A DNA stretch of 64,000 bases, taken from positions 29,641 to 93,640 of IMG/VR virus record IMGVR_UViG_2922401287_000005; one strand, 5' to 3'. This stretch comes from a virus. A program made the position numbers and the translations under genes. Positions 46,288-54,563 of this stretch are shown piece after piece. The stretch's first letter is position 1. Each line of letters opens with the position of its first letter. A model generated the notes under the pieces. It ran no database searches. It had not been told where the DNA came from and was given only the letters and a program-made list of their open reading frames with translations.

Positions 46288-46430
46288 GACCCCGCAAAGG
46301 AATTGGGCGCGGCGACTTCGCAGGTCACCGCGCCGATCGTCGGCGCTGCCGTTTCAAGGAGACCATCCGAGAAGAAGGTGGCGCGCATCAACTACAACCA
46401 ACGTAGGACCACATGCATGGATAATCAACG

Positions 46431-46811
46431 ATGACGAGACAGGTTTCGATACAGGAGCTGCTGCGCGCCGTGTTGAAGCTGCCACCCACCTCGTTCGAGA
46501 GCGAGTTCCTGTTCAAGAGCGGGTACGACACGCATCAGGATCACTGGAAGGCGTGGCTGGAGCAATACAACAGCCCCGGCTACTACGGCCGCAGCGACAC
46601 CACGATCAGCGATGCCCGCACAGTCTACGTGAGGCTGAACTGCGGCCCGATGATCATCTGGTTGAACGAGGCGGCCGGCGAGAGCGGCTCAGTGATCCAG
46701 GCCGCGGCGCGTGACATGCGGCTCAACGGGAAGGGCCGCGCCCAGACCGAAGCCAAGATCGTCCGATCCCATCTACCATGGGAGCGGGCGTCCCTGCTCC
46801 TGTTTCGCTAG
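46431..46811 (+). CDS. Hypothetical protein (126 aa)
   Basis: HWKAWLEQYNSPGYYGR motif; its stop is the IS1182 target site. Confidence 0.7.
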   Translation: MTRQVSIQELLRAVLKLPPTSFESEFLFKSGYDTHQDHWKAWLEQYNSPGYYGRSDTTISDARTVYVRLNCGPMIIWLNEAAGESGSVIQAAARDMRLNGKGRAQTEAKIVRSHLPWERASLLLFR

Positions 46812-48255
46812 GAGCTTGTCTGGATAGTCGCTGTTCAAATCTGGTCGGGTCTGATTCAACATTGGGCGATGAGCAAGTATTTTCGGCCTTGGAACATCGA
46901 TCAGACGCTGCTTCTGCCGCCGAATGTGCAGGACTTCGTGCCGAAAGGCCATGTCTCGCGGTTTATGGTTGATCTGGTGCGGGAGAGCCTCGATCTCAGG
47001 GAGATCATGGGCAGCTATGTGAGCGGGCTTGGGCAGCCGCCGTTTGATCCGCGGATGATGGTGGCGCTGCTGCTGCATAGCTATGCGAGTGGGCTGTATT
47101 CGTCGCGTCGGATTGCCAAGGCCTGCCGGGAGCGGAACGATTTTGTGATGATCGTGGCGCTGGATGCGCCGGATTTTCGGACGATCAGCGACTTTCGCAA
47201 GCGACATTTGAAGGCGCTCGGCGCGCTATTCGTGCAGGTTCTGAAGTTGTGCGAGACGGCCGGGCTGGTCAAGCTCGGTCATGTCGCGCTGGATGGTACG
47301 AAGATCAAGGCGAACGCGTCGAAACACAAGGCGATGAGTTATGAGCGCATGAAGAAGCGCGAGGCGGAATTGAAGGCCGAGGTCGCTCGCATGCTGGCGG
47401 CCGCCGAGGCGGCGGATGCCTCGGAGGATGAGACTTTCGGCAACAGCGACGAACTGCCGGACTGGACCGTCGACAAGCAGAAACGGCTGGCGAAGATCCA
47501 GCAAGCGATGGCGGCGCTGGAAGCGGACGCCAAACTGGCGGCGGAGGAAGAGCGCCGCATCGAGGCCGAAAAGGAACAGCAGCGCCAGGCCGAAGGCCGC
47601 AAGAAGCCGGGCAAACCGGCGGCGCTGCCATCGGAGGAACCCAATCCCAAGGCGCAACGCAACTTCACCGATCCGGAAAGCCGCATCATGAAGTCGAAGG
47701 ATGGCTTCGTTCAGGCCTATAATGCCCAGGCGGCCGTCGATGCACATGCCCAGATCATTGTCGCGCAAGAACTGACCCAGCACGGCAGCGATCAGGGCCA
47801 GTTGGTGCCCCTGATCGAGGCCATCGAGAGCAATCTTGGCCGCAAGCCGCGGCAGGCCTCAGCGGATTCCGGCTACTGCAGCGAAGCCAATCTCGAAGCG
47901 CTCGACACACGCAGCATCGATGGCTATGTCGCGCCCGGACGCGCCAAACACCCGACAGTAGCGAACGGAAAAGTCGGCGGCCCGCTGACACAGGCCATGC
48001 GAAAGAAGATCGACGATGGCGGCTTCGAAACACCCTACCGATTGCGAAAGCAAGTGGTGGAGCCGGTGTTCGGGCAGATCAAACAGGCAAGAGGCTTCCG
48101 CCAGTTCCTGTTGCGGGGCATCGAGAAAGTGCGCGCCGAGTGGACAATGATCTGCACCGTCCATAACCTCCTCAAGCTGTTCAACCTCGCAAACGCAGCC
48201 TGAGCCTGCTACTCTACAACAAATGCCCGTCACGAAAACATATCTGGACGGGCTC
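46812..48255 (+). mobile_element. IS1182-family insertion sequence
   Basis: Imperfect IRs GAGCTTGTCTGGATA / TATCTGGACGGGCTC; CTAG duplicated at 46808-46811 and 48256-48259. Confidence 0.88.
46869..48203 (+). CDS. IS1182 transposase
   Basis: PPFDPRMMVALL, PDFRTISDFRK, VALDGTKIKANAS, YRLRKQVVEPVFGQIK. Confidence 0.92.
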   Translation: MSKYFRPWNIDQTLLLPPNVQDFVPKGHVSRFMVDLVRESLDLREIMGSYVSGLGQPPFDPRMMVALLLHSYASGLYSSRRIAKACRERNDFVMIVALDAPDFRTISDFRKRHLKALGALFVQVLKLCETAGLVKLGHVALDGTKIKANASKHKAMSYERMKKREAELKAEVARMLAAAEAADASEDETFGNSDELPDWTVDKQKRLAKIQQAMAALEADAKLAAEEERRIEAEKEQQRQAEGRKKPGKPAALPSEEPNPKAQRNFTDPESRIMKSKDGFVQAYNAQAAVDAHAQIIVAQELTQHGSDQGQLVPLIEAIESNLGRKPRQASADSGYCSEANLEALDTRSIDGYVAPGRAKHPTVANGKVGGPLTQAMRKKIDDGGFETPYRLRKQVVEPVFGQIKQARGFRQFLLRGIEKVRAEWTMICTVHNLLKLFNLANAA

Positions 48256-48273
48256 CTAGACGCTGAAAAAGCC

Positions 48274-48316
48274 AAGGGCCCCGGCGGGTTAGTCCCTGCC
48301 GGGGCCCTTTTTCTTT
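48274..48316 (+). terminator. Intrinsic terminator of the plus-strand operon
   Basis: AAGGGCCCCGGC...GCCGGGGCCCTT stem followed by a T-rich tract. Confidence 0.75.
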
Positions 48317-48510
48317 GCTCACTTGGCGGTATTTAGGTATTGTCCCGTTTCGGTCCTATAGGGCCGTTTTAAGGGCCGTACAGGGCCCCGGGGCCGGGCC
48401 CGGGTAGTGGGTCAGTTTGAAAACTGCCCCCGAAAGAAATCTCTTGGTTAACTCGGGGAACGCCTTCCTATGACTCGCCCAACAGGGGAACCCGCGCCTA
48501 AATTCGCGGC

Positions 48511-49083
48511 ATGCGATGGCTCATCGATAAGATTCTTGGCGGCATCATCGGCAAGATCGCCGGCGTCATCCTGTCTGCGGTTTTCCTGATGTGGGGAATC
48601 GCACCGGAAACCTGGTTCGCGGAAATTCTGCAAAACCCACCTCATTGGGTCTTGAACCCATGGACTAGATTGGGCGTGGTCATCGTTGGCGTGATTGTAG
48701 CGCTCGCCGTCATGATAGTGAGATTTAGATCGAGACCGGATCTCTCCAAGGGCGAGAAGCCGAGCGGACATACGCTCACCCAGTACTCGCCTCCAGTTCC
48801 ATCCGGCCTGTACACAAGGCAATGGGTTCTAGTCTACAACCCATCAAATCCTAAGGGCCGCAAGAACATCTCATTCAATGAAGACGGCACCATTGGAGAA
48901 GGCAGAAATCACAACGAATGGCGATGGAGCTACACCAACGATCATCTAGACGTCTGGATGAAGGACAATCGCCTGCACAATCGTTTCAAGTATGACCCTC
49001 CTAGCGGTAGATTCCATTCCACAAATGATTTGGAAATGCACGGGATGGTAAAAAACCAAGTGATTTATCAAGGAAAGGTCTAG
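48511..49083 (+). CDS. Membrane-anchored passenger protein
   Basis: Two N-terminal TM helices and a soluble beta-rich C-terminus; lower GC. Confidence 0.7.
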   Translation: MRWLIDKILGGIIGKIAGVILSAVFLMWGIAPETWFAEILQNPPHWVLNPWTRLGVVIVGVIVALAVMIVRFRSRPDLSKGEKPSGHTLTQYSPPVPSGLYTRQWVLVYNPSNPKGRKNISFNEDGTIGEGRNHNEWRWSYTNDHLDVWMKDNRLHNRFKYDPPSGRFHSTNDLEMHGMVKNQVIYQGKV

Positions 49084-50717
49084 CCCGTCTTATTCGTCAG
49101 AGTGCGCCTGAGAGGCTGGCGAGCGTGGTGTAAAGCGCTGATGCGGCGTAGGATTCGGTTGCGAAGCCAACCCCATCACCTCAACCGCGAACGCCACGCC
49201 CGCCATGACCGATGATACGATTCTGCCCTTCTCGTTTCCAGCCGTTCACGCCAAGAAAGTCACAGCTGCCTTCGATGGCGGTCGGCTGACCTCGAACGGG
49301 GGCGTGATGCTTCTGGCGATGGCCGAGCGGCGTCTCGGCTTGGCCGACAATTTGGCCCGGGTGTTCCCGGATCGGCGCGATCCGACGCGGGTCGTGCACA
49401 GCCTTGTCGATATGTTCCGCGCGCGCATGTTCGCGATCTGCTGCGGCTACGAGGACGCCGACGACCTCGATCATCTGCGGTCCGATCCCGCATTCAAGCT
49501 GGCCTGCGGACGGCTGCCGGACACGGGTCGCGATCTGTGTTCCCAACCGACGCTGTCGCGGCTGGAGAATGCTCCGCGCCTGCGCGACGTGATCCGACTG
49601 ACCTACACTTTGGTCGACGCATGGATGGATAGCTACCCGCGCGAGCCGGCATCCGTCACGCTCGACATCGATGATACCTGCGATGTCGTCCACGGCCATC
49701 AGCAGCTCTCGCTGTTCAACGCTCATTATGACGAACGCTGCTTCCTGCCGATCCACGTCTACGACACGGAGAAGAGCCGGCCCGTGGCGGTCGTGCTGCG
49801 GCCCGGCAAGACGCCGGGCGGCGTCGAGGTGCGTGCCCACCTGCGCCGCCTGATCCGGCATATCCGGACGCGGTGGCACAACACGCGAATTACGTTCCGT
49901 GGCGACGGGCACTATGCCCGGCCGGAGGCAATGGCGTGGTGCGAGACCAACGGCATCGACTACATCTTCGGTCTGTCCGGCACCAAGCCGCTCGCCAGAA
50001 AACTCGACGAGGCCGCCGACGACATCCGCACGCGACGCGCCATCGAGAACCTGCCGGTTCTGCGCGGCTATACCGAGACGCGCCACAAGGCCAAGTCCTG
50101 GGATCGCGAACGGCGTACCGTCGCCCGTATTGAGGCGACGATGCTCGGCCTCGACATCCGTTTCGTCGTCACCAGCCTCGATGTCGGCTCGGCCGAGTGG
50201 ATCTACGACAGCCTGTATTGCGCACGCGGCCAAGCCGAGAATCTGATCAAGCTGCATAAGACACAGCTCGCCTCCGATCGCACCAGCTGCCGTTCGGCGC
50301 TCGCCAATCAAGTCCGCCTCGTTCTCCACACCGCCGCTTATTGGCTGATGCTGACCGTGCGCGACGCGATTCCCAAAGCCCGGGAATTGGCCACAGCCGA
50401 GTTCGCGACGCTGCGTCTTCGTCTCTTGAAACTCGCTGCCCGTGTCGTCGAGACCACGAGCCGCATTCGCCTTGCGTTTGCCGCGGCATGTCCCGAAGCC
50501 GACCTGATCCGCGGCTTGCCAGGCGCGCTGCTGCCGCTCGGTCCTTGACCGGCGGGGCGTCCGCCCCCCCCGTTCGCCCAACCCATCCCTCAAGCGCGTT
50601 GCAAAGTACCGGTCGTCAGGCGGTGAAAAGCCGAAGGCAATCCTGTGCGCCTCGTCAGAGCAGATGTGCGGCCACATCAATCGGACTAAAAAAAAGCACT
50701 CTCACGAATAGGACGGG
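49084..50717 (+). mobile_element. IS1380-family insertion sequence nested in the IS1 element
   Basis: IR CCCGTCTTATTCGTCAGAG vs CCCGTCCTATTCGTGAGAG; CTAG duplicated at 49080-49083 and 50718-50721. Confidence 0.9.
49205..50548 (+). CDS. IS1380 transposase
   Basis: FDGGRLTSNGG, SQPTLSRLEN, TLDIDDT, RGDG, YCARGQAENLIK. Confidence 0.93.
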   Translation: MTDDTILPFSFPAVHAKKVTAAFDGGRLTSNGGVMLLAMAERRLGLADNLARVFPDRRDPTRVVHSLVDMFRARMFAICCGYEDADDLDHLRSDPAFKLACGRLPDTGRDLCSQPTLSRLENAPRLRDVIRLTYTLVDAWMDSYPREPASVTLDIDDTCDVVHGHQQLSLFNAHYDERCFLPIHVYDTEKSRPVAVVLRPGKTPGGVEVRAHLRRLIRHIRTRWHNTRITFRGDGHYARPEAMAWCETNGIDYIFGLSGTKPLARKLDEAADDIRTRRAIENLPVLRGYTETRHKAKSWDRERRTVARIEATMLGLDIRFVVTSLDVGSAEWIYDSLYCARGQAENLIKLHKTQLASDRTSCRSALANQVRLVLHTAAYWLMLTVRDAIPKARELATAEFATLRLRLLKLAARVVETTSRIRLAFAAACPEADLIRGLPGALLPLGP

Positions 50718-51788
50718 CTAGTTCTTTTTTCCATTCTCAATGAGCCACGCGCGCGACTTATCCTTGATCCATTCGAGCGCTTCATTCTCGCTCTGGAAAC
50801 CAAAGACGCTATCCACTTCTCCGCCGCGCCACATGACGCTAACCGAATGTCCCTTGCCGATGGCGTACTGGCGAACGACGAACTGACACTCCGGCTTGAA
50901 GTTCGCCAGCTCCCACTGCTCCAGCATCACAACCAAGTCTTCCATCTCCCAAAGCTTGTCAGTCACGCCAGCGGCCATTGCTGGCGTCACCTTGAGGGTC
51001 TGATGAATGCGCACGAAGTTGTAGTACATCGTATGCAGCGCAATCGCTGCGGCGTGGTTCTCAACCTTCTTTGAGAAGGCGTTCGTCAATCGCGTGAAGC
51101 GGCGCATGTGCATGCGCATGGTCAGGTTGCTGCGCTCGGCATAGGACGTGCTGATATGCTTCCACTCCGGGTTGCCGCTCTTGGGCTCTTTGCGAGCGCC
51201 AATGCACTTGGCCGGGCTGTAGCGGACTTCCGCCTCCGGGGCCGCGCCATACAGCTTGATGAGCATGGCGTAATCCACCTCGCCGCCAAACGCAGCATCA
51301 ACGGCTTGCAGGTAAGGTGCATGCCCATCGCTCGTTAACTGGACCCGGTTGGCGATCCTGCTTTCAAGATCATGGGTGAACGCCATAGCCGCGTCCAGAT
51401 CGCGAGCACCAAGCAGCCAACTAACAATCAGCTTTGTATCGGCATCGATGGCGGTCCACGTCCAAACGTCGCCAGCGCTCGCCGGGGCCGCTTTAGCGCC
51501 CTTCACGTTCGCGGCCTTGGCGTAAACGAACGACCAGATTTCATCCATCTGGACACGCTTGCAGGTCAGATTGCGCAGCGTCTTGTCCTGATAGGCGGCG
51601 CAGGCGTGGCCGGCGTCTACCAACAGCTTTGCGACGGTGTTCTTGCTGGCGCCTGTCAGGCGGGTAATGGCGCGGATCGACTGCCCTTCGCAGAGGAGGT
51701 GCAGGATTTGGGCGCGCGCCTTTCGGTCCAGTTTGTTCATGGCTGGACTATATGACCCTTTATGCTTAGCGTCAAGTATAACTGTCAA
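50718..51788 (-). CDS. IS1-family transposase with a C-terminal extension
   Basis: N-terminal HTH; QMDEIWSFV, LTSDG, STSYAERSNLTMRM, RFTRLTNAFSKK. Confidence 0.88.
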   Translation of the reverse strand: MTVILDAKHKGSYSPAMNKLDRKARAQILHLLCEGQSIRAITRLTGASKNTVAKLLVDAGHACAAYQDKTLRNLTCKRVQMDEIWSFVYAKAANVKGAKAAPASAGDVWTWTAIDADTKLIVSWLLGARDLDAAMAFTHDLESRIANRVQLTSDGHAPYLQAVDAAFGGEVDYAMLIKLYGAAPEAEVRYSPAKCIGARKEPKSGNPEWKHISTSYAERSNLTMRMHMRRFTRLTNAFSKKVENHAAAIALHTMYYNFVRIHQTLKVTPAMAAGVTDKLWEMEDLVVMLEQWELANFKPECQFVVRQYAIGKGHSVSVMWRGGEVDSVFGFQSENEALEWIKDKSRAWLIENGKKN

Positions 51789-51855
51789 GTAGACGACTGG
51801 AGGGTTCCCAGTTTACCTTGGGTTGAGTGAGTCAGAACGTCACACCTAATTTGGC

Positions 51856-52389
51856 TTGACATATATGTCAATTCGTTCCCATATCAAAGAGCTGGTTAAG
51901 TCGGAGCGGCTCGTTCCTTGGAGGCCACCCGGGCAACCGGCCAAGCGGCGTCTGCTTCTCACCAAAGATGCGGTGCGTGACTTGGGCACAGGTGGAGTGG
52001 TTGGCATCATGGGGCTCCGTGGTGACACAGAGGCTGGACTTAAGCGATGGGTACACGGCGGATCGGTTTATGTTGGCCTCGACGGCAAACCACGATTCCT
52101 AAAACCACTTTGCCCGCCACCTCCAGGAATCTGGGAGCTTCGCTTCACTGATCCGCGCGTTCAGCTAAGGCTATTTTGCCGGTTCGCTGAGCCAGACACT
52201 CTGATAGGAACGAAATTTCACACTAGGGCAATATTGGGTGACAAGGGGTCCAGAAGTTGGAAAAACGCACTCGACCAATGCGAAGCGACATGGGGAGAAC
52301 TGTTTCCAAGCTTTAGTCCGTTTTCAGCGACAACTATCCATAAGTATGTGACGGAGAACTGCGATGCCTTCCAAGTCTGCAACAATTGA
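51856..52389 (+). CDS. Putative RelE/HigB-like toxin
   Basis: GIWELRF...QLRLFCRF pattern; directly upstream of an HTH gene. Confidence 0.55.
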   Translation: MTYMSIRSHIKELVKSERLVPWRPPGQPAKRRLLLTKDAVRDLGTGGVVGIMGLRGDTEAGLKRWVHGGSVYVGLDGKPRFLKPLCPPPPGIWELRFTDPRVQLRLFCRFAEPDTLIGTKFHTRAILGDKGSRSWKNALDQCEATWGELFPSFSPFSATTIHKYVTENCDAFQVCNN

Positions 52390-52801
52390 GCCGATGACGC
52401 CGAAGGACCGTGCTAGGTACGGCGCGGCTGTTGCCAAGGATGCCGCATTCGACGCAGTACACGAACTGTGGCGCCGGCGTCATGCTGAGGGTTTAACGCA
52501 GAGGGAAGCGGCCAATTCAATCGGTGCCGATGAAGGTTGGTTTTCGAAGCAATTCAACGGCCCAAGAAATTGGACGATGGAGAGCTTTGGCGCGCTAGTA
52601 CAGTCCTTGAACGGTAGCGTTGAAATAGTGGTTCGCGCCATAGAGGACGTAGTGAAAACGAACCTCACAAATTACGACGCATATGATGAAATGGACGATC
52701 TGCCGCCACATAACCCAAAGCAGTGGAACCCGAAGGAATTGAAGCCATCAACTGAAACGAAAGGCACTGTAAAGGCCAATCCGCATTTTGAAGGCGCGTG
52801 A
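52364..52801 (+). CDS. XRE HTH antitoxin-like protein with a C-terminal tail
   Basis: LTQREAANSIGADEGWFSKQFNG..NWTM; polar tail of about 45 aa. Confidence 0.7.
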   Translation: MPSKSATIEPMTPKDRARYGAAVAKDAAFDAVHELWRRRHAEGLTQREAANSIGADEGWFSKQFNGPRNWTMESFGALVQSLNGSVEIVVRAIEDVVKTNLTNYDAYDEMDDLPPHNPKQWNPKELKPSTETKGTVKANPHFEGA

Positions 52802-53238
52802 TGAGCGACTTGAAAGTCAAGTTTGCATTCGTTTGCGACGACGCTCGCAGAGAAGACAACGGCAAGCTGATTTTTATTGGCGTCTACGCTGGAAGCATCC
52901 TCGTTCAATCCCTGCCCGCGAATTTGGTTCTTTGCTTGGTCATGAGTATCCAAACCGACAGGCAAATAGAAACTCCGATAGTTTTTCAAATACATTTTGA
53001 TGGGGAGAGCGCCACTGAAGGCGCTACGGTAATAACCCTGCAAAAGGGAGATAACTTCTCAATTTTCCCCGGCATCCCGGTGGCAGCAACCCAACCCTGC
53101 CGCCTCTCGATTCGAGTAAAATTCGGAGAGGAGGAATGGCAAGAGGTAGTGTCCGCCGAAGTTCTCACTCTTCCCTCTGCGACCACCGCTTCTCAGCCGC
53201 CCGCCGAGCAATCTCGGCGCGACGCTCGGGACTCATAG
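52798..53238 (+). CDS. DUF6941-like beta-sandwich protein
   Basis: FVCDDARREDNGKLIFIGVY motif; overlaps the antitoxin stop. Confidence 0.6.
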   Translation: MMSDLKVKFAFVCDDARREDNGKLIFIGVYAGSILVQSLPANLVLCLVMSIQTDRQIETPIVFQIHFDGESATEGATVITLQKGDNFSIFPGIPVAATQPCRLSIRVKFGEEEWQEVVSAEVLTLPSATTASQPPAEQSRRDARDS

Positions 53239-53398
53239 CGTCCGCGCGCGCCTTCCCGCCCTTTCGGCCCAACTCGACCGCAGCCGGGTCTTTGCCCTCT
53301 TCCTCTGGCGTAGGATCGCGGTCGGGCGTTTCGCCTGTAGCGATATCAATGATTCGCTTGGCGAGCTGGTTGGGGTCTCTGGGGCGTTTGGGGGTCAT
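53165..53398 (-). CDS. Small KGG-motif protein typical of these IS1 elements
   Basis: KRPRDPNQLAK...AVELGRKGGKARA..MSPERR.EIA. Confidence 0.75.
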   Translation of the reverse strand: MTPKRPRDPNQLAKRIIDIATGETPDRDPTPEEEGKDPAAVELGRKGGKARADAMSPERRAEIARRAAEKRWSQREE

Positions 53399-53583
53399 TT
53401 CGCATAACCCTGCGATCTGAGCCAAATTATCTTGCGGTTCCCATCTATCCACGCGCGGGCGTCCTCGTTGCTTGTGAGGCCGTCGATGATTCTGATCTCC
53501 GCCCCCGGGACGCTGGCTTCAATTTGCCAATTGCCCTCGGCGATCCGCTTGGGAGTAAAGGTGACACGAGGAGATTTGCTCAT
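53395..53583 (-). CDS. Small hypothetical protein (62 aa)
   Basis: Coupled to the KGG gene; resembles the transposase C-terminal extension. Confidence 0.6.
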   Translation of the reverse strand: MSKSPRVTFTPKRIAEGNWQIEASVPGAEIRIIDGLTSNEDARAWIDGNRKIIWLRSQGYAK

Positions 53584-53731
53584 GCCACCAATATGGCTTG
53601 CAAACTGTCAACATTCCACCCAGGAACTTCGCCACAATTAAACTGACCCACTACCCGGGCCCGGCCCCTTGGTAGCACCGGGCCTGTTTTAACGCGCCCT
53701 TGCCTGCCCTCCCGGCCACGGTTCCGGGGCC

Positions 53732-54043
53732 CTAAAGTAAGGCTAGCTGCCATTCCGGGGCCCCGGCCCCCGGGGCCGGTTCCTGCCCGGTTCCATAGGG
53801 GCCCGGGGGCCGGTTCCCTGCCCGTTTCCGGGCCCTGCCCGGGCCCCCTACGGGGGCCGGGGGCCGGTCCGGTTCTGCCAATGCTTCCCGGCCCTGTACC
53901 GTGATTCCATACCGCCGATATTTGGCGATGTGCACCAATCCCCGACGACACAGGTCCGAGCCGACGCGAAGGCCCATCGCGATGGTGGCGCCTTCCGGCA
54001 GCAACAGCGTGAGGAAGCGACGCTCGCGCGGTGTCAGCTTCAT
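53732..54043 (-). CDS. Hypothetical wHTH-like protein
   Basis: MKLTPRERRFL...LCRRGLV...ITVQGREAL; ATG overlaps the upstream stop. Confidence 0.55.
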   Translation of the reverse strand: MKLTPRERRFLTLLLPEGATIAMGLRVGSDLCRRGLVHIAKYRRYGITVQGREALAEPDRPPAPVGGPGRARKRAGNRPPGPYGTGQEPAPGAGAPEWQLALL

Positions 54044-54297
54044 CCGATCCCTCCCGCCGCTTCGATTGCACTCCGCTTGAGACGATCCCAGACGCGCCAC
54101 CAACGCGCGTCGAAGTGGACGCCGGCCTCGGGGCCGTATCGCCGCCACTGACGACGCAGCCGGCCCCAGACGCGGCGCTGGGCCAGCGGGACCGCCTTCC
54201 AGTGTTTGCCGCAGATCCACTGCACGTCGACACCGTTTCGACCTGGCTTCGTTGTGCGCCGGCAGAACGGCACAAGGCATCGCACCCGATCCGTCAT
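54040..54297 (-). CDS. Zn-finger hypothetical protein
   Basis: CLVPFC...ICGKHW. Confidence 0.65.
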   Translation of the reverse strand: MTDRVRCLVPFCRRTTKPGRNGVDVQWICGKHWKAVPLAQRRVWGRLRRQWRRYGPEAGVHFDARWWRVWDRLKRSAIEAAGGIG

Positions 54298-54563
54298 GGC
54301 ACGATGCCCTCCGCGATCAGCCGCTCGCGCACCTGCGGCCAGGACCAACCCTGCGGATGGCCGCGCCGGTGCCAGTTCGCGTAGGAGAGCTGCAGCTCCC
54401 GGTTGACGCGGACGCCGTACCAGCGCCGCTTCTGCTCCTTGACGCAGGTCTTGCAGCGGAGGCGGATGCCGCCGCGGGTCTCGCGGCAGCGTTCCTCGCG
54501 AACGTTGTCACCGATCAGCGGATGGCCCTTGCGACACATTGCCGGCATCAGCTGATGACCCAT
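54294..54563 (-). CDS. Small Cys/His protein
   Basis: CRKGH...N...CKTC pattern. Confidence 0.6.
   Translation of the reverse strand: MGHQLMPAMCRKGHPLIGDNVREERCRETRGGIRLRCKTCVKEQKRRWYGVRVNRELQLSYANWHRRGHPQGWSWPQVRERLIAEGIVP

Larger units (their letters stand above)
29971..46345 (+). repeat. Dispersed element (stem-TTCGCAG-stem + AAGGAGACC RBS), 16 hairpins across the operon
   Basis: Loops at 29977, 30451, 31118, 33258, 33878, 35688, 36720, 37056, 38714, 39813, 41106, 43180, 44076 (TTTGCAG), 45368, 45884, 46317. Confidence 0.9.
48403..53655. mobile_element. IS1-family cargo element carrying passenger genes
   Basis: Perfect 16-bp TIR GGTAGTGGGTCAGTTT (48403-48418, 53640-53655); 8-bp TSD CGGGCCCG (48395-48402, 53656-53663). 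Confidence 0.88.

Noticed and set aside
29971-46345. The hairpin array as a classical integron
   Set aside because: No integron integrase in the window, no GTTRRRY/RYYYAAC core sites, and the hairpins are much shorter than attC
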